Assembly (NCBI GenBank): GCA_951406725.2
Contig: OX597818.1
Coordinates: forward strand, 24,614,001 to 24,678,000
DNA length: 64,000 bases
Direction of reading: 5' to 3'
Origin: Octopus vulgaris
Lineage: Eukaryota
Shown: piece after piece, positions 39,946-52,162 of the stretch
How positions within the stretch are numbered: position 1 is the first letter of the stretch
How the letters are laid out: the number at the start of each line of letters is the position of its first letter
The notes under the pieces: generated by a model
Database searches by the model: none
The model's input: the letters and a program-made list of their open reading frames with translations, nothing else
Told to the model about the DNA's origin: nothing
Position numbers and translations under genes: made by a program

Positions 39946-40166
39946 CCTTTTCATTACTGTATTTGTTTTGAGATGCTCTGTGTTTCTTTCAATTATTTTA
40001 GATATAACAAAGAATTTAGTAAAATAACTTAGTTATCATTAAGCTAGTGTTAGGAACATTAATTGTGACTAAGGTTTAGTGGAAGATTTTAATTAAAAAC
40101 TTATGAAAACAAGATATTTGTACTAGAGAACCAGAGCCGGCTTCAGCTGGGTTGGTAACGAAAGGG
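39946..40166. mobile_element. piggyBac-like MITE
   Basis: TTAA|CCTTTTCATTAC...GTAACGAAAGGG|TTGA termini. Second copy in the opposite orientation at 61493-61709. Confidence 0.75.
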
Positions 40167-40649
40167 TTGAATTATAAGAGACTAGATTACCAACACCAAC
40201 TGCTCTCCACCTTTATTTAAAACATAAAAGTTGAAATTGGCTAGTCTGTATATTCACCTATTTTTAGGAGAGACAGGCACAATTCAAGATTTGGATGCTA
40301 TTTCTAGCAGGTCAAGTGACTGTGCAGAATCCTCCTTGCCTGCTTCTGCTAGTGGCCACTTCAAAAATGTACAAGTATATAGAATTAGACTGGATAGTGG
40401 AAAGTGAAATCTGTCAAAATTGTTACATTGTATCCCATAAGATTAGCCACTGTATATTGGAATGATGGCTTTGTAGATCACACCTAGTTATTCAACTGAC
40501 TACCTACAAACTAAAAGTCAGCTTTATGATAGTTGGCCTGAAAATACACAATAACCAGTTGCACTTGTCTCTGTTACTTATAGTTCATACTATAATCTAA
40601 ACCAGCTAATAATGCTTACAAAATAGGTAACAACAGTACTAGTACTTAC

Positions 40650-40762
40650 TTTTTCACGTTCTTCAAAGAGCCAGAAAAAAGGTGTCATAGCACCAATGTC
40701 CAAAGCATGGGTACCGACTGCCATAATATGATTGAGTATCCGAGTTATTTCACCAAAAAGGG
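40650..40762 (-). CDS. NDUFS2: NDUFS2 exon 6 ([37 protein letters not shown])
   Basis: Conserved sequence. TAG/GTAAGT junctions, 113 nt. Confidence 0.97.
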
Positions 40763-40829
40763 CTAAAAATCAACAAATGATAATACTGGAATAATCAACA
40801 CGTTACTTTTGTCTTTTTTTTTAATGGTT

Positions 40830-41700
40830 TTCTTTGAAAGAAGGGGTTGTGGGTGTGGCCCTTGCAATCCTGAGACCAGTGAGATTGGCACAGTTGATGT
40901 TTCTCTTGATGGTTCAAGGAAAAAACATGAGCAAGGAGGCAATTCTAAAGGAGCGATGTTCCAAGGAGGAAGGACTGGGGTGCACAATATAAGTGACAAA
41001 AGGAACAAGAGAGACAAATGCATCAAGATTTTGAATGGAGGTGACACAAGACCAGATACCTGAGGAGTAAAGACCACTGAGTAGTAATAGAAGTAGCCAT
41101 ACAGTAGCATGTGTGTGGGCCAGAGATTGGTGTGTGTTAGAGAGTGATGTCAGGCCAATTAGTTGAGCAGCTATTTTTTTTATGCAATCATGGATGTCAG
41201 TAAATGTAGCAGCAGACAATACCAGATATTGGAACAATACTCCATTATGGGTCAGATTCACGCATTGTATCGGGTTACTGATTGTTGGGAGCTGAAAGAT
41301 TTTCTAGTCTTGAAGAGGAAAGCCAGTCTTTGGGATGCAGTCTTTGCTATGTTGAGGATGTGAAATCACCAGGAGAAATCCTCAGTGATAAGGAGGGCCT
41401 AATATTTTTATAAGGGTTCTGTGTGCTTTTCATGTTTGAGGAGTTGAGCACAGTATTGCTTTATTGATATATATATATATATATATGTATATAATACATA
41501 ATAATTACATCTTCGTACTTTTGAAAGAGTAAAGATTAGCATGGCTTCACTGAGTTCTGTTCATGGAATCAATATAGGTTTGGTGTGAGGTGCCTAAGTT
41601 GTATTTGGTTGAAACTTAGGTGCAGGTTACGGAGGGTGGTATCATCTGTATAGGGATCAGTGTTGGAGGTATTGGCAAATAGTTTGTACAGGATTGACTA
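40830..41700 (-). mobile_element. CR1/L2/Jockey-group LINE RT C-terminal relic
   Basis: Minus-strand LYNA.I.PIMEYCSNIW and FF.RTI...N.L motifs, decayed. Confidence 0.55.
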
Positions 41701-41871
41701 ACACAAGCCAGAAAACTCATCATTTAACATCCTTTTTCCATGTTTGCATGGGTTGGATGGAGTTAACTGAGGCAGATTTTCTATAGCTGGATGTCCTTCC
41801 TGTTGCCAAACTTCATCCTAAATTTCAGACCATCTGCCTACTGTATAAAGAATTATTATTATTATTATAGT

Positions 41872-42109
41872 GGAGGCGCAATGGCCCAGTGGTTAGGGCA
41901 GCGGACTTGCGGTCGGAGGATCGCGGTTTCGATTCCCAGACCGGGCGTTGTGTGTGTTTATTGAGCGAAAACACCTAAAAGCTCCACGAGGCTCCGGCAG
42001 GGGATGGTGGTGATCCCTGCTGTACTCTTTCACCACTCTAAAAGGCGGTGCTCCAGCATGGCCGCAGTCAAATGACTGAAACAAGTACAAAAAAAAAAAA
42101 AAAAAAAAA
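41872..42109 (+). mobile_element. tRNA-derived SINE with family B head and family A tail, A-rich end
   Basis: A-box tggcccagtgg and B-box ggtttcgattccc. The head matches 50395-50551 (minus) and the tail matches 9600-9645. Confidence 0.85.
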
Positions 42110-42245
42110 TAGTGGATGATTGCAATAAGTAATGTAAAAGATTAATCTATTTCCACAAGTAACATTATAGGTGTCCTTATATTAACTAAAATACTTTAGG
42201 AAATTATTCCAACCAGTATATCTACTTAGTTATGAATTTACTTAC

Positions 42246-42366
42246 TTCGGATCCATTTTGCTCTTTCTGGAATCTCAATATTTAATAAATTTTCCACAGC
42301 CAATGAATAACATTGTTCATTGCACATCATTGAAACGTAGTCTAAACGATCGAAATAGGGTAAGGC
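42246..42366 (-). CDS. NDUFS2: NDUFS2 exon 5 ([40 protein letters not shown])
   Basis: Conserved [14 protein letters not shown] motif. TAG/GTAAGT junctions, 121 nt. Confidence 0.97.
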
Positions 42367-42469
42367 CTACAAGGAAAGAAAATAAAATCAATTAAGTAAC
42401 TAGAATATACAATATGTAAAAGGAAATAATTGTAAAATTTATTAGTAATTTCTTTATCATGCTATTTAC

Positions 42470-42550
42470 CTGCATATAAGTCTTGTACTCAATAAGCTTT
42501 TCTGTACCCCGATGTAATAGACCAATGTGAGGATCAGCACGTTCAATAGT
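42470..42550 (-). CDS. NDUFS2: NDUFS2 exon 4 ([27 protein letters not shown])
   Basis: Conserved [16 protein letters not shown] motif. TAG/GTAAAT junctions, 81 nt. Confidence 0.97.
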
Positions 42551-43757
42551 CTAAAGAGAAATACACAGGTTTTTCATATTAGCAAGAAGTAGCAAAAGTA
42601 ACGATTTCATACATTGGCAAAAGGTCAGAAATATGGTGAGTCTTAGAGTCAATATCAGTAGGTTAACTAATACTTATTTTACTGATCTCTGGAAAGGCAA
42701 AATGAAAAGTTGATCCACAATTTGAACTCAGAATGCAAAGAAATACAATTAAATTCTACAAGGTTATTTTATTCAGCACTCTACAAATTTTTCCAATTAC
42801 CTGCTTTTCCAGACATGCAAATAATTTACATCATATTTTTGTCTTTTTTTTTACTTTTCTTCTACTTTGAGTTAGATGATTTTGTTTGAGTCATGAAGCA
42901 CAATAATTCCATTGTCACATTTTAATACAAGTAATAACCATGTCAATCTTCTCATTTCATTCATTTTTATCTTTTTTTTCTAATAGATATCTAACATTAA
43001 ATCTTGGAATAACAAATTGATGTTGATAAAAAAATGTGCAAGAATAATAAAGCAGTTACAATTTGATATGAAGAACATATATGGTTTATCCTCCAGTGGA
43101 GTGGTTCTCAGATGATTTGGTTAATGAGCAACTCTGAGTTTCAGAGACAGTGGCCATTAAGCTGCAACTGCCTTCATGTTATTAACAAAATAGCATGAAG
43201 ACAGTTTCAACAGCAAGAGATTACCACACAGTTGTGCACTGGTCACTTTCTGCATCTGAAGGTCATCATCACATCCAAGTCCAGCATCCATGAAGACACT
43301 TAGTCATGGATCCAGTGATCATCCAAGTTTCATATCTATAAAGGAGTATTATCTCTTCTTGAGTTCTCTGGAGAGGTTAGAGATCCAAATACTTGTTGTT
43401 GCACAGTTTCTACTATTAGCAAACGAGATCAAGCATTTATGATCTTGTTTGATAACCAAGTGAACAAGGTGTCTAAGCATAAACTAGAGAAAATTAGTTA
43501 AAAAATTTTATTCTTTTACATGTATTTCATGCTAAATTAAATACAATTTGGTTTTCACTTAAGTAACTGTTCTTACAATTTGCTCTTTCTGCTACAAAGT
43601 ACTCATGTTAATTAGAAGGAAATGCATTCTTATCAGTCAAGCAATTGGAAATACACAGAGTAATAAATAAATAAAAGTCTTAGTTTGATTAGTAGTCTAT
43701 GGTCAATTATAAAATGAAAAAAAAAAAAACCAAATATAATATTAGAGAGAAACTTAC

Positions 43758-43867
43758 CTCACCGTCCAGTGTAAGTACGAGACGCAATACACCGTGAGCT
43801 GCAGGGTGCTGTGGACCAAAGTTCATAGTCACATTTTGAACTTCCTTCTCTTTCACTTCTCCTCGAG
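43758..43867 (-). CDS. NDUFS2: NDUFS2 exon 3 (...[28 protein letters not shown])
   Basis: Hallmark [15 protein letters not shown] motif. CAG/GTAAGT junctions, 110 nt. Confidence 0.97.
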
Positions 43868-44339
43868 CTGCAGATAATTTTTATACAATTCATGTAACCA
43901 TTATAGAATAGAATTGTTTTAAGCAACTATTATTGTCATTTATTCATTCATTTATCTAATTTTGTCACAGTTTGGTTGACTGAAAACTCTTGGTTATAGC
44001 TCTAGTTAAGAATTCAAATGCCCAATTCTATCTCAATATTATCATTAATATTTTCTCAAACTGGCAGCCCGAGTTTTTGCTGTTTCACAGTGTACCCGCC
44101 CCCACCACCTGTATCGGAAGTCTCTAACCTCTATTGAATGTCTCTCCTATGAACACCTCCAAAGGCTTAATCTTTCCCCCATCCCTATTTAGGGTTTATC
44201 TCTTATGCTACATAGTGATTATGTAGCATATAAAATGATAATGTAGTGTATGCAGGTTGAAAGCTATTGTATGTTTATGAGTTCTGCCAAATGCGAGCTG
44301 TCCCCTATCCCAGGGTCTCGTGGGCCCACATCCCCCCCC

Positions 44340-44830
44340 CCACACACACCCTCAGAGTTGGCACACCGAAAGGTAGGTCTGGTGAGATTGCTGAGATGCT
44401 TGAACAGAGACGTGTAGATTTGTGCTGCATCCAAGAAGTAAGGTGAAGAGGAAGTTCTGCTAGGTTCCTCACAGACAAAGAACATAGGTATAACATTTTC
44501 TGGACTGGGAACACTGAAGGGGTCAGGGGCGTGGAGAAATGGGTTGATAAGGTAATTGAAGTAGTCAGCGTCTGTGATAGACTACTTAAGTTCAGATTAG
44601 TGCTGCAACATGGGTTAGCAACCATTATCTTGGTTTATGCCTCTCAGTCTGGGCTACCATAGTGTACACGGAGGCAATAGTTTTGATTCCTGCAATGAGG
44701 AGGGAACCAGGCTGCTGGAGTTCTGCAATGCAAATGATCTTATGGTTTGTAATACTAACTTCAGGAAACCTGCCAGTCACCTATTCACTTACTGATCTGG
44801 TGGACACACTAGTCAAATTGATTACAGTAT
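44340..44830 (+). mobile_element. RTE LINE AP-endonuclease (5') fragment in NDUFS2 intron 2
   Basis: KGRSGEIAEMLEQRRVDLCCIQEVR...FWTGN...LEFCNANDLMVCNTNFRK...SQIDY motifs. Confidence 0.85.
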
Positions 44831-45106
44831 TCATGTATATGTGTACAAATTCACACACATACTTATATGTATACAGAAGGCCATTTATTTCAATCCTGGA
44901 CAAGATTATCAAAGAGTAGCTAACAAAATTACTAAGTTCCAAATTTATTTAACACCATTTAAAAATTAAAGATCCAGATAGCATTATAACATTTACTTAA
45001 AATTATTAAGCAGTTATTCTTATCAAAATGGTTTAGTGCAAAAGTGATAAACAGCTTTCAGAGTTTATGGAAATATATCACCCAAAATAAAACAAAATAA
45101 ACTTAC

Positions 45107-45216
45107 GGTTAAGTGGGAGATTTTTCCATTTTGAACTGACTTCATCAGGGTACATTACAGGTCCTGTCATTTTTCCTAAATACTCTGAATCCATTAGCCA
45201 TTTGCTGGCTCCTCGG
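45107..45216 (-). CDS. NDUFS2: NDUFS2 exon 2 (RGASKWLMDSEYLGKMTGPVMYPDEVSSKWKNLPLN)
   Basis: CAG acceptor and GTAAGT donor, 110 nt. The GPVMYP...W motif is typical of the NDUFS2 N-terminus. Confidence 0.9.
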
Positions 45217-45325
45217 CTGGAATAAAAAGATTCATATAAAATACCAGGATTTAATGAATTTAGGCAAATCAATAAAAATAACTCTAAAGTATATGAAATA
45301 ACAAAATACTGATTAAAAAGCACTG

Positions 45326-45605
45326 TGCCTCATTGCGATCGGCTGCACCCTTCGCCGTCTCACTGTAAAGGTGCGCTTACAATCAGTCTCTTGTTTATTG
45401 GAGGATGGATTTTTCCCCCACCCAGCTAGGAGTGGGCACCAAATTGGGATATGAAGCTGCTGCCCATGCTACCAGAGCCTATGCCAACTTGCCACCCAAG
45501 GTTATCCTCAAACTTGACCTTAAGAATGCCTTCAACCCCATCAGCCGCAGTCCTGTCCTCCGTTCAGTAAGAGAGAAGGTCCCACAACTCTACCAACATT
45601 TTTCC
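45326..45605 (+). mobile_element. CRE-clade non-LTR retrotransposon RT fragment in NDUFS2 intron 1
   Basis: IAIGCTLRRL..K, PTQLGVGT.LG.EAAAHATR and LKLDLKNAFN are RT motifs typical of CRE/SLACS-type elements. Confidence 0.75.
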
Positions 45606-46883
45606 TCTTGTACATTGGTAAATTATTAGCTATGATTTCCAATGACACTCATAAGTAAACAATACCACTCTTTACCCTCTGCAGATATACGACATTAATA
45701 TGCAATATAAATTTCATTATCCAATACGCTAGAAAACTTGCAGTTGTTTGTTTTGACAGTTAATATTTAAGAGAACAAGAGTGGCATTTTTTTTGTCAAT
45801 GAACAGTTTATGCAGAATGACTACACATCAAAGAAACAACCTTGTACTTCACCATCTAGTTTTGATCAACATCCAATAGTAACTGCAAAGAGTCATTACA
45901 AATACTAAACCTCACAATCCAATTAACTTTTCTATTAACCAGAGGATCATAACATAGAAAAATTCCGACTTCATAGTCTGAAACATATTTTTCAAAACAA
46001 ATAGTTTACGGTCTTTATGCAAGTGGCAACATGCAATAAAATTTAGAATTTATGATACACATTACTGGTAAGGGCTACGGGACAAAATGGTTAGCTTGCA
46101 AAAGCAGTCTCATCACTCCGTTTATTCTATGGGTACAATGGCCAACATTCAGCAAAAGTAGTTAGCTGATACTACTTGCATCCAAACCTACCCGTCCTCA
46201 ATAACCGGGATCTTCTAGGCAATGCACTAACAATATCACCTAATGTTAACCCACACGAATTTCCTTCCCGCAATGATCGACTAAGAAATGTTGAAACTAA
46301 ACATTAGCTGTGCAAATCTCACTTGTTTCTCAAAGAGAAACTAATAATAATTCTATTTCGATTAAGCATGTAAACACACATTCATTTTTACCAAACTAAA
46401 AATAAATGAAAACATTATCATTTCAATCTAGAAATTAAGAACTGGTTGTGATTCATTTGTGGTTGAAATTCTGCACATAATTATTAAATTAGCCCAAAGT
46501 ATTCAGTATCAGTTTCTAAACATAATGCAATATAAATATCATTTGCTTAAATATAAATTGCCGGTTATTCGCTTTAGCAATTTACAATCATTTTCGAAAT
46601 GACCTCTCAAGGTGACGATTGTGATTGAAAAGCAAAATTTTAACTCTTGTATTCTCAGTTAAACTGAATCTAACTCTGTAGGGAAAATGATACGCAATTA
46701 ATTAAATGGCAAGTCTTTAAGGGAAACATGAATGAACTTAAGAATCAGTGAACAAAATAATTTTGTTTTGAAAGATAAGGGATAACGCGAGATAAGAAGA
46801 AAGTAAACAGGTCATATGTAATAAACTGACCGCCCTTAAATGACTATATTTTTAAATAAGCTAAAGCGTGAAATACAATTTAC

Positions 46884-46984
46884 CTAGAAACAAAAAGCGC
46901 CGGAGCATATCCAAGTACATTTTTCTTAGACAAAGATAGAATGTTTGGGACAGTTGCCCTTAAAAGTCCTCCGATCACCGCCAT
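46884..46984 (-). CDS. NDUFS2: NDUFS2 exon 1 (mitochondrial targeting peptide, MAVIGGLLRATVPNILSLSKKNVLGYAPALFVS)
   Basis: ATG in aacATGGCGG context. Basic/hydrophobic peptide with no acidic residues. Donor AG|GTAAAT; phase 2 joins exon 2 in frame. Confidence 0.82.
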
Positions 46985-47026
46985 GTTGACAGAGATGCTG
47001 GGAACTCCGAAATTTCTACATCCGGT
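46978..47026 (-). promoter_or_regulatory. NDUFS2 proximal promoter motifs: ETS/GABP-like ACCGGATGT (47018-47026) and YY1-like AACATGGCGG overlapping the ATG
   Basis: Motifs read directly from the sequence in a locally CpG-retaining region. Both motif classes are common in metazoan housekeeping/OXPHOS promoters. Confidence 0.45.
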
Positions 47027-47599
47027 TAATCTGTATGATTAACTCACATATATTTACCTCCCTTTATCTATTCATTTTTTTTTCCCTCATATTTTGTCAA
47101 TATTTAGCAGAAGTAACACAGTGACTCAAGGTCCGAGAGTTTCGTGTTCTGGCTCTCATCAAACTTTTTCTTATTATATGGATAGATACTTACTAATTGA
47201 TTTTTTATCACTCAAAACACTTTAATTGATTTCTAACTTTAGCTTCTTTTTGTTTCTCAGCTAAAATAAAGCTTGTAATAGGCTTTTATAATGAACTAAT
47301 TCAATTTAGAAGGGGTTTTGAAGTTAATGTTCTTCCATTAATTATTTTATGTATTTATTTTATCATCACCCTCCTCTTCAACATACGTATATAACGAGAT
47401 TACATGATTTATCCAAGCAAATTTCTTTTTCTGCTTTGTAAGCTTACAACAGAATTTCTTATAGGACATATTGTGATTTAACACAATATAAAATCTTGGA
47501 ATATAACATGTATGTATATGATACATATATAATACAAAATCACATCGAAAATACAAATGTAAAACATGGAGGAAAAAAAAGAAAAAATACTAATTCAAC

Positions 47600-48330
47600 A
47601 TCAAGTGTCTCAACTGGTTGCACACTACAAAGTTAAATGGACCCTACTGAAGCAAGCCAGCACACTCATGGTGTTACTGCAGGCAATGACGAGGCTAAAG
47701 TGTTGGAATAGCCAAGCAACCTCATTGGCAGCACCTGACACCTTGGTAGAGGGAGCTGCCAACGATGTTGGCCCTTCAGACATCTCAAACACCACAGGTT
47801 GGAAGAAATGGTTCCCTGACAAATACTTAAGGATTTTGTTCCATTTAGCTATGGAAGCAATGACTCTCCCATTTATTGCAGCATCCAGAATGTGGGAGGG
47901 AGCAAAGGAGTCACAGATGTGGCACCCAGTTAAGGCACCTACCTCTTACCCAGGGTTAAAGGGTAAGACCATCTGCTCTCTTCCCATCACTTCTGGATAA
48001 TCCAACCAGCTCCCATTTAACGATTAAGTTTAGATTGGTGTAATCGAAACAACCAGTATTTAGGTGGCAAGACAAACCATGAAGGTCTGTGGAATTGAGG
48101 AGCAGATCACAATGACATCTCAGTCCCCCACAGGCGTTGGCTCCCACTCATCTAGACTGAGTAGACCACTAATGTTAGTGCAGGGCATCAATCCAGTCCC
48201 CAGAGAAGTTTGCACTTGCAGAAAGGCAGTACCTTGAAAATTGATCAGATTGATTAAAGAGAGTTGAAAATAGCACCTGAGTACAGATTGTCACATACTC
48301 TCTGCTTCCATCTACCCTCAGCTGTAACAG
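47600..48330 (-). mobile_element. CRE-clade restriction-like endonuclease (RLE) fragment
   Basis: CHC...HGLSC zinc knuckle, E.VGLSRSDGKRADGLTL.PW..G..GCH...DSFAPSH and FQP.VFE..G (PD-D/ExK RLE) motifs. Confidence 0.75.
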
Positions 48331-49950
48331 GAACTAACAAACCAGGATTTTTGTTGACAAGATGATGTTTCTAATATTTCTTAAGCCTGATTTTACAAGT
48401 TATTATTTTCAATATATTCTTCTTCTGTATGTGCAGTAATTCATAAAGGCTAGTAAGTGGATTAAGTTTGGTCTTTTGTGGAATTTTAATTTTTATTTTA
48501 TTATGGAAGATTATCTTTATGAAATATGGTTTTCAGGAGAATTATCAAATTCAATGTATAATCATATTTTGGTATTAAAAGGATTTGATTAATCCCACTA
48601 AAGGTTTTTTAAAATTATTTCAAGAATTTTACTAGCTGTTTTTAGTTGTAATGTTTATATAGCTTAAAGTCAATAGTCACACTGAGGTATTTATCCAAGG
48701 ATACTCTAAGATTGTTTAAACCACTTAACAATCAGGGTATGATGCTTTATAGACACAATAGTTCTTTTAATATCAAGTAAAGATTATTTTAAAGTATACA
48801 TGGTAGTTGAAGCATAAAAAACATTTCTCTTCTGTGTGAAAACACCATTAGAGAATTAATTGAAAGGAAATATGTTATCTCTTGTTTAGAATCTTTTGGC
48901 AAACATATCATGAATTAGAATCTTTATCTCATTCTTCAACTTTTATTTGACTAATTACTGGTACTTATATCCAGAACAGAAAATTTGGAGAATTTAATAA
49001 TTACATATATAACATGTATATATATATGATATATATATAATACAAACCCACATTAAAATATAAATTCAAAACTGAAGGAAAGAAAGCATGAATGAAGAAG
49101 GAAAAAGAGGAAGAAAGAAAGGAAAAACCATCAATTCAACATAAAGCGCTTCAATAAGTCGTAAACTACAAGGTTCAACAGAACCCACTGAAGCGAGCCA
49201 ACACACCTGTGGCATTACCACGGGCCACTACTACTACTACTACTACCACTACTACAATTAGTTTTCTCTATTTTCATTTTTGTGTTACACTTTACTCAAC
49301 ATTTTGACTGGCTTTGATGTATTAAATTTGTTCTGAAGATCTTCATTGTTCCACTCCAATTCACTAAGTGACTTGTGTCCTAAAATTATTAGAGCATTTT
49401 TAGAGCAGATTAAATATTCAATAATGACATTATATTTAGTTGAAATAATAATTATACATGTATTGGTGGCTGTATGAATGATATTAATTTTCATTAATAG
49501 GGAACTTGAGGATTGGAAATGACCCATTTGTGTAAATAGAAACACAAAAGATGAAGTTAGTTTGAGAACATATAATTTTAGTGATAATTCATCTCAAAAG
49601 TTCAGGCTATAATCAATATAGGTTCAGGCATGGCTGTGTGGTTGAGAAGCTTACTTCCCAATCATGGGGTCTTAGGTTCAGTTCCACTGCACAGCACCTT
49701 GGGCAAGTGTCCCCTAAGCCTTGTAAGTAGATTTCGTAAATGGAAACAAAGATGCCTATCACACACACACACACATACATATATTATCTGAAATGTTCAG
49801 TATCACATATCTATTATGGTTGATTTTATCAATTGGTTTCGTGCAAGGGATACATACAATGCAGTGTTAGATAACAATCCGATTATATAACCTTACATTC
49901 ATCAGAGTTAGCTGATATGGAAGGGTATATGGCAACTGCTCTCTATTGTT

Positions 49951-49952
<2 letters not shown>

Positions 49953-50038
<86 letters not shown>

Positions 50039-50050
50039 TCAGGCAGATAG
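49953..50050. repeat. Compound microsatellite (TA)n-(TAGA)n-(CAGA)n; similar tracts at 12046, 35917, 39085, 50877 and 52103
   Basis: Read directly from the sequence. Confidence 0.95.
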
Positions 50051-50054
50051 ATTA

Positions 50055-50551
50055 TGACCCCCCTTTGGTCATGAATGACCATAGGATTGCACCTAGAAAG
50101 TTACCCTCCGAGGCACAAGTCTGGGCAAGGTTGTTTATGGAAGACCAGCAGTCACCCATGCATACCAGCCTACCCTCTCCACACCACAGATGTTATCCAA
50201 GGGAAAGGCAACAGCAGGTACAGCTTGGCACCTGTGACGTCGCAGCTCATTTATTAACATGCAAGTGGTTGAGCACTCTGGAAACACGTGTACCATTAAC
50301 GTAGTTCTCTGGGAGATTCAGCGTGACACAGAGTGTGACAAGGCTGGCCCTTTGAAATACAGGTACAAAGGAAACAGAAAGTAAGAGTGAGAGAAAGAGT
50401 ACAGCAGGGTTCACCACCACTCCCTGCTGGAGCCTCGTGGAGCTTTAGGTGTTTTTACTCAATAAACACTCACAATGCCCAGTCTGGGAATCGAAACCGC
50501 GATCCTACGACCGCGAGTCCGCTGCCCTAACCACTGGGCCATTGCGCTTCC
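50055..50551 (-). mobile_element. tRNA-derived SINE, family B, long copy
   Basis: Head gcgcaatggcccagtggttagggcagcggactcgcgg...ggtttcgattccc, ~500-bp body, flanked by (TAGA)n. Confidence 0.85.
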
Positions 50552-50874
50552 ACAGATAGATAGATACACACACACACATATGCATATATATTTAACAAAA
50601 CTGGTGCTATCCAGTACCCTTATTTATATATTTACCTTTTGTTCTTTTTTGCTAACTAGTCACCTATATTATTATTACTATTATTTATTAATATTAATAT
50701 CATCATTATTTATAATTATACACAACTACTGTTTGAATTTGGTGCTAGCTTCTCAACAGTGTTAACATGCTTTTACAAGGTGAGTAGCAATTTAACCCCA
50801 GGCAGCAAGACTCACTGAGGATATCTAAGAGGAATATCTCAGAGATCAAAATCACCTGATATATCCGCATTCTC

Positions 50875-50912
<38 letters not shown>

Positions 50913-51810
50913 GCATTCTCATTTGTGATTGTCCATCGCCTTGGTATGTTGGCTATTTTTTCTTACCTCCCAGATCTTGTTGGCTTGTTAACTTTCAGTG
51001 CTTGTGGCTAATTAAGTCGATTTTGTAAATATATATATATATATATAGGTTATAAAATGAGATAGGGGTTGAAAATTCAACCCACCATGGGATAACATAT
51101 ATCCAATATACTGCTAGATAGGTACCCAACAAGACTAATACATAGATGTTAAAAATTGCCAAACAATCAGTTCATCTATTGTATTATATGGGTAAAGGTA
51201 ATAATATTACCGTAAATTAATACTACAAAATTAGAATCGTATGAATGTGCGATTGATCTGTGGATGCGCGTGTGAATATTGGCGTTCCTTGACTAACTAA
51301 CCGTAAAATTTCTTTTGTGATTTAAATTTCAAACTACTAGCCAATCGAATTAATCTAAATAATCATTACCTAGTGGTCAGAATTTCTAAACTCATAGTTA
51401 TTTCGATCTTGAAAGGATGGACTTGGTGCAAACTTAACTGTATCTATTATTATTATTATTATTATTATTAATATTAATAGTAATTTTTATTGACTTTTAT
51501 AGCTTTATAATTTTATGAACTGAACCATGATTTTAATTATTATTTTTCATCTCCCTATGTGTTAGTTTTTTAAAACTATTAGCAAAATATGTATAATAAC
51601 TGTGCTTATTAATATTAATATATACACTGATATATATTTTGTTTTATTTTGTTTTGTTTACCTTGCATTGTTGTACCAATGAGTATTATATTATACAAGT
51701 GTAGCATTATGAAGTTTATGCATAAGTTTTTATATTTTACATTTTTATATTTTTATATTTATATGTATATGGAAAAATAATTTTTTCACAATTATAACAA
51801 ATTTAATTCT

Positions 51811-51914
51811 CTGAAGAGGCTGTGGGGCATCCTTGTTAATGCCTCATTTATACCTGCCTTTATGGCTTATAGGTTAAATGAGGTATGACTGCCCTTGCTG
51901 CCGAAACAGCTGTC
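51811..51914 (+). ncRNA. Hammerhead ribozyme motif, Penelope-type minimal stem III, long stem II
   Basis: CTGAAGA (51811-51817), G...C-closed ~85-nt hairpin, GAAA (51903-51906), C-AGCT-G palindromic stem III and GTC cleavage triplet (51912-51914). Confidence 0.72.
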
Positions 51915-52102
51915 AGTTATGATTTAATTACATATTATATTTGAAATTTTATACTTATATCTCTTTGTCTATTTACATTTACTGTATATTTGTATAATGC
52001 CTTTACTGATATGTAATGGTGTAATAAAGTATTGATTGGGTATCATCTGATAGTTGATGTTTTATTGATTTAAGTATGTTTCTCCATTTTCTAATTTTGT
52101 AG

Positions 52103-52161
<59 letters not shown>

Positions 52162-52162
<1 letters not shown>

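Noticed and set aside
41872-41950. tRNA gene
   Set aside because: tRNA-like A/B boxes run straight into a SINE body with no acceptor stem closure. It is a SINE head.
29339-46984. Non-canonical splicing or missing exons in NDUFS2
   Set aside because: All 13 introns are GT-AG and the phases give a full-length 466-aa protein. Nothing unusual.
50810-50865. CTGAGGA...gag/ctc hairpin...CAAAA-tca-cc-tga-ta as a fourth hammerhead
   Set aside because: GAAA is mutated, the stem II closing pair is mismatched and there is no stem I. Too degenerate to support.
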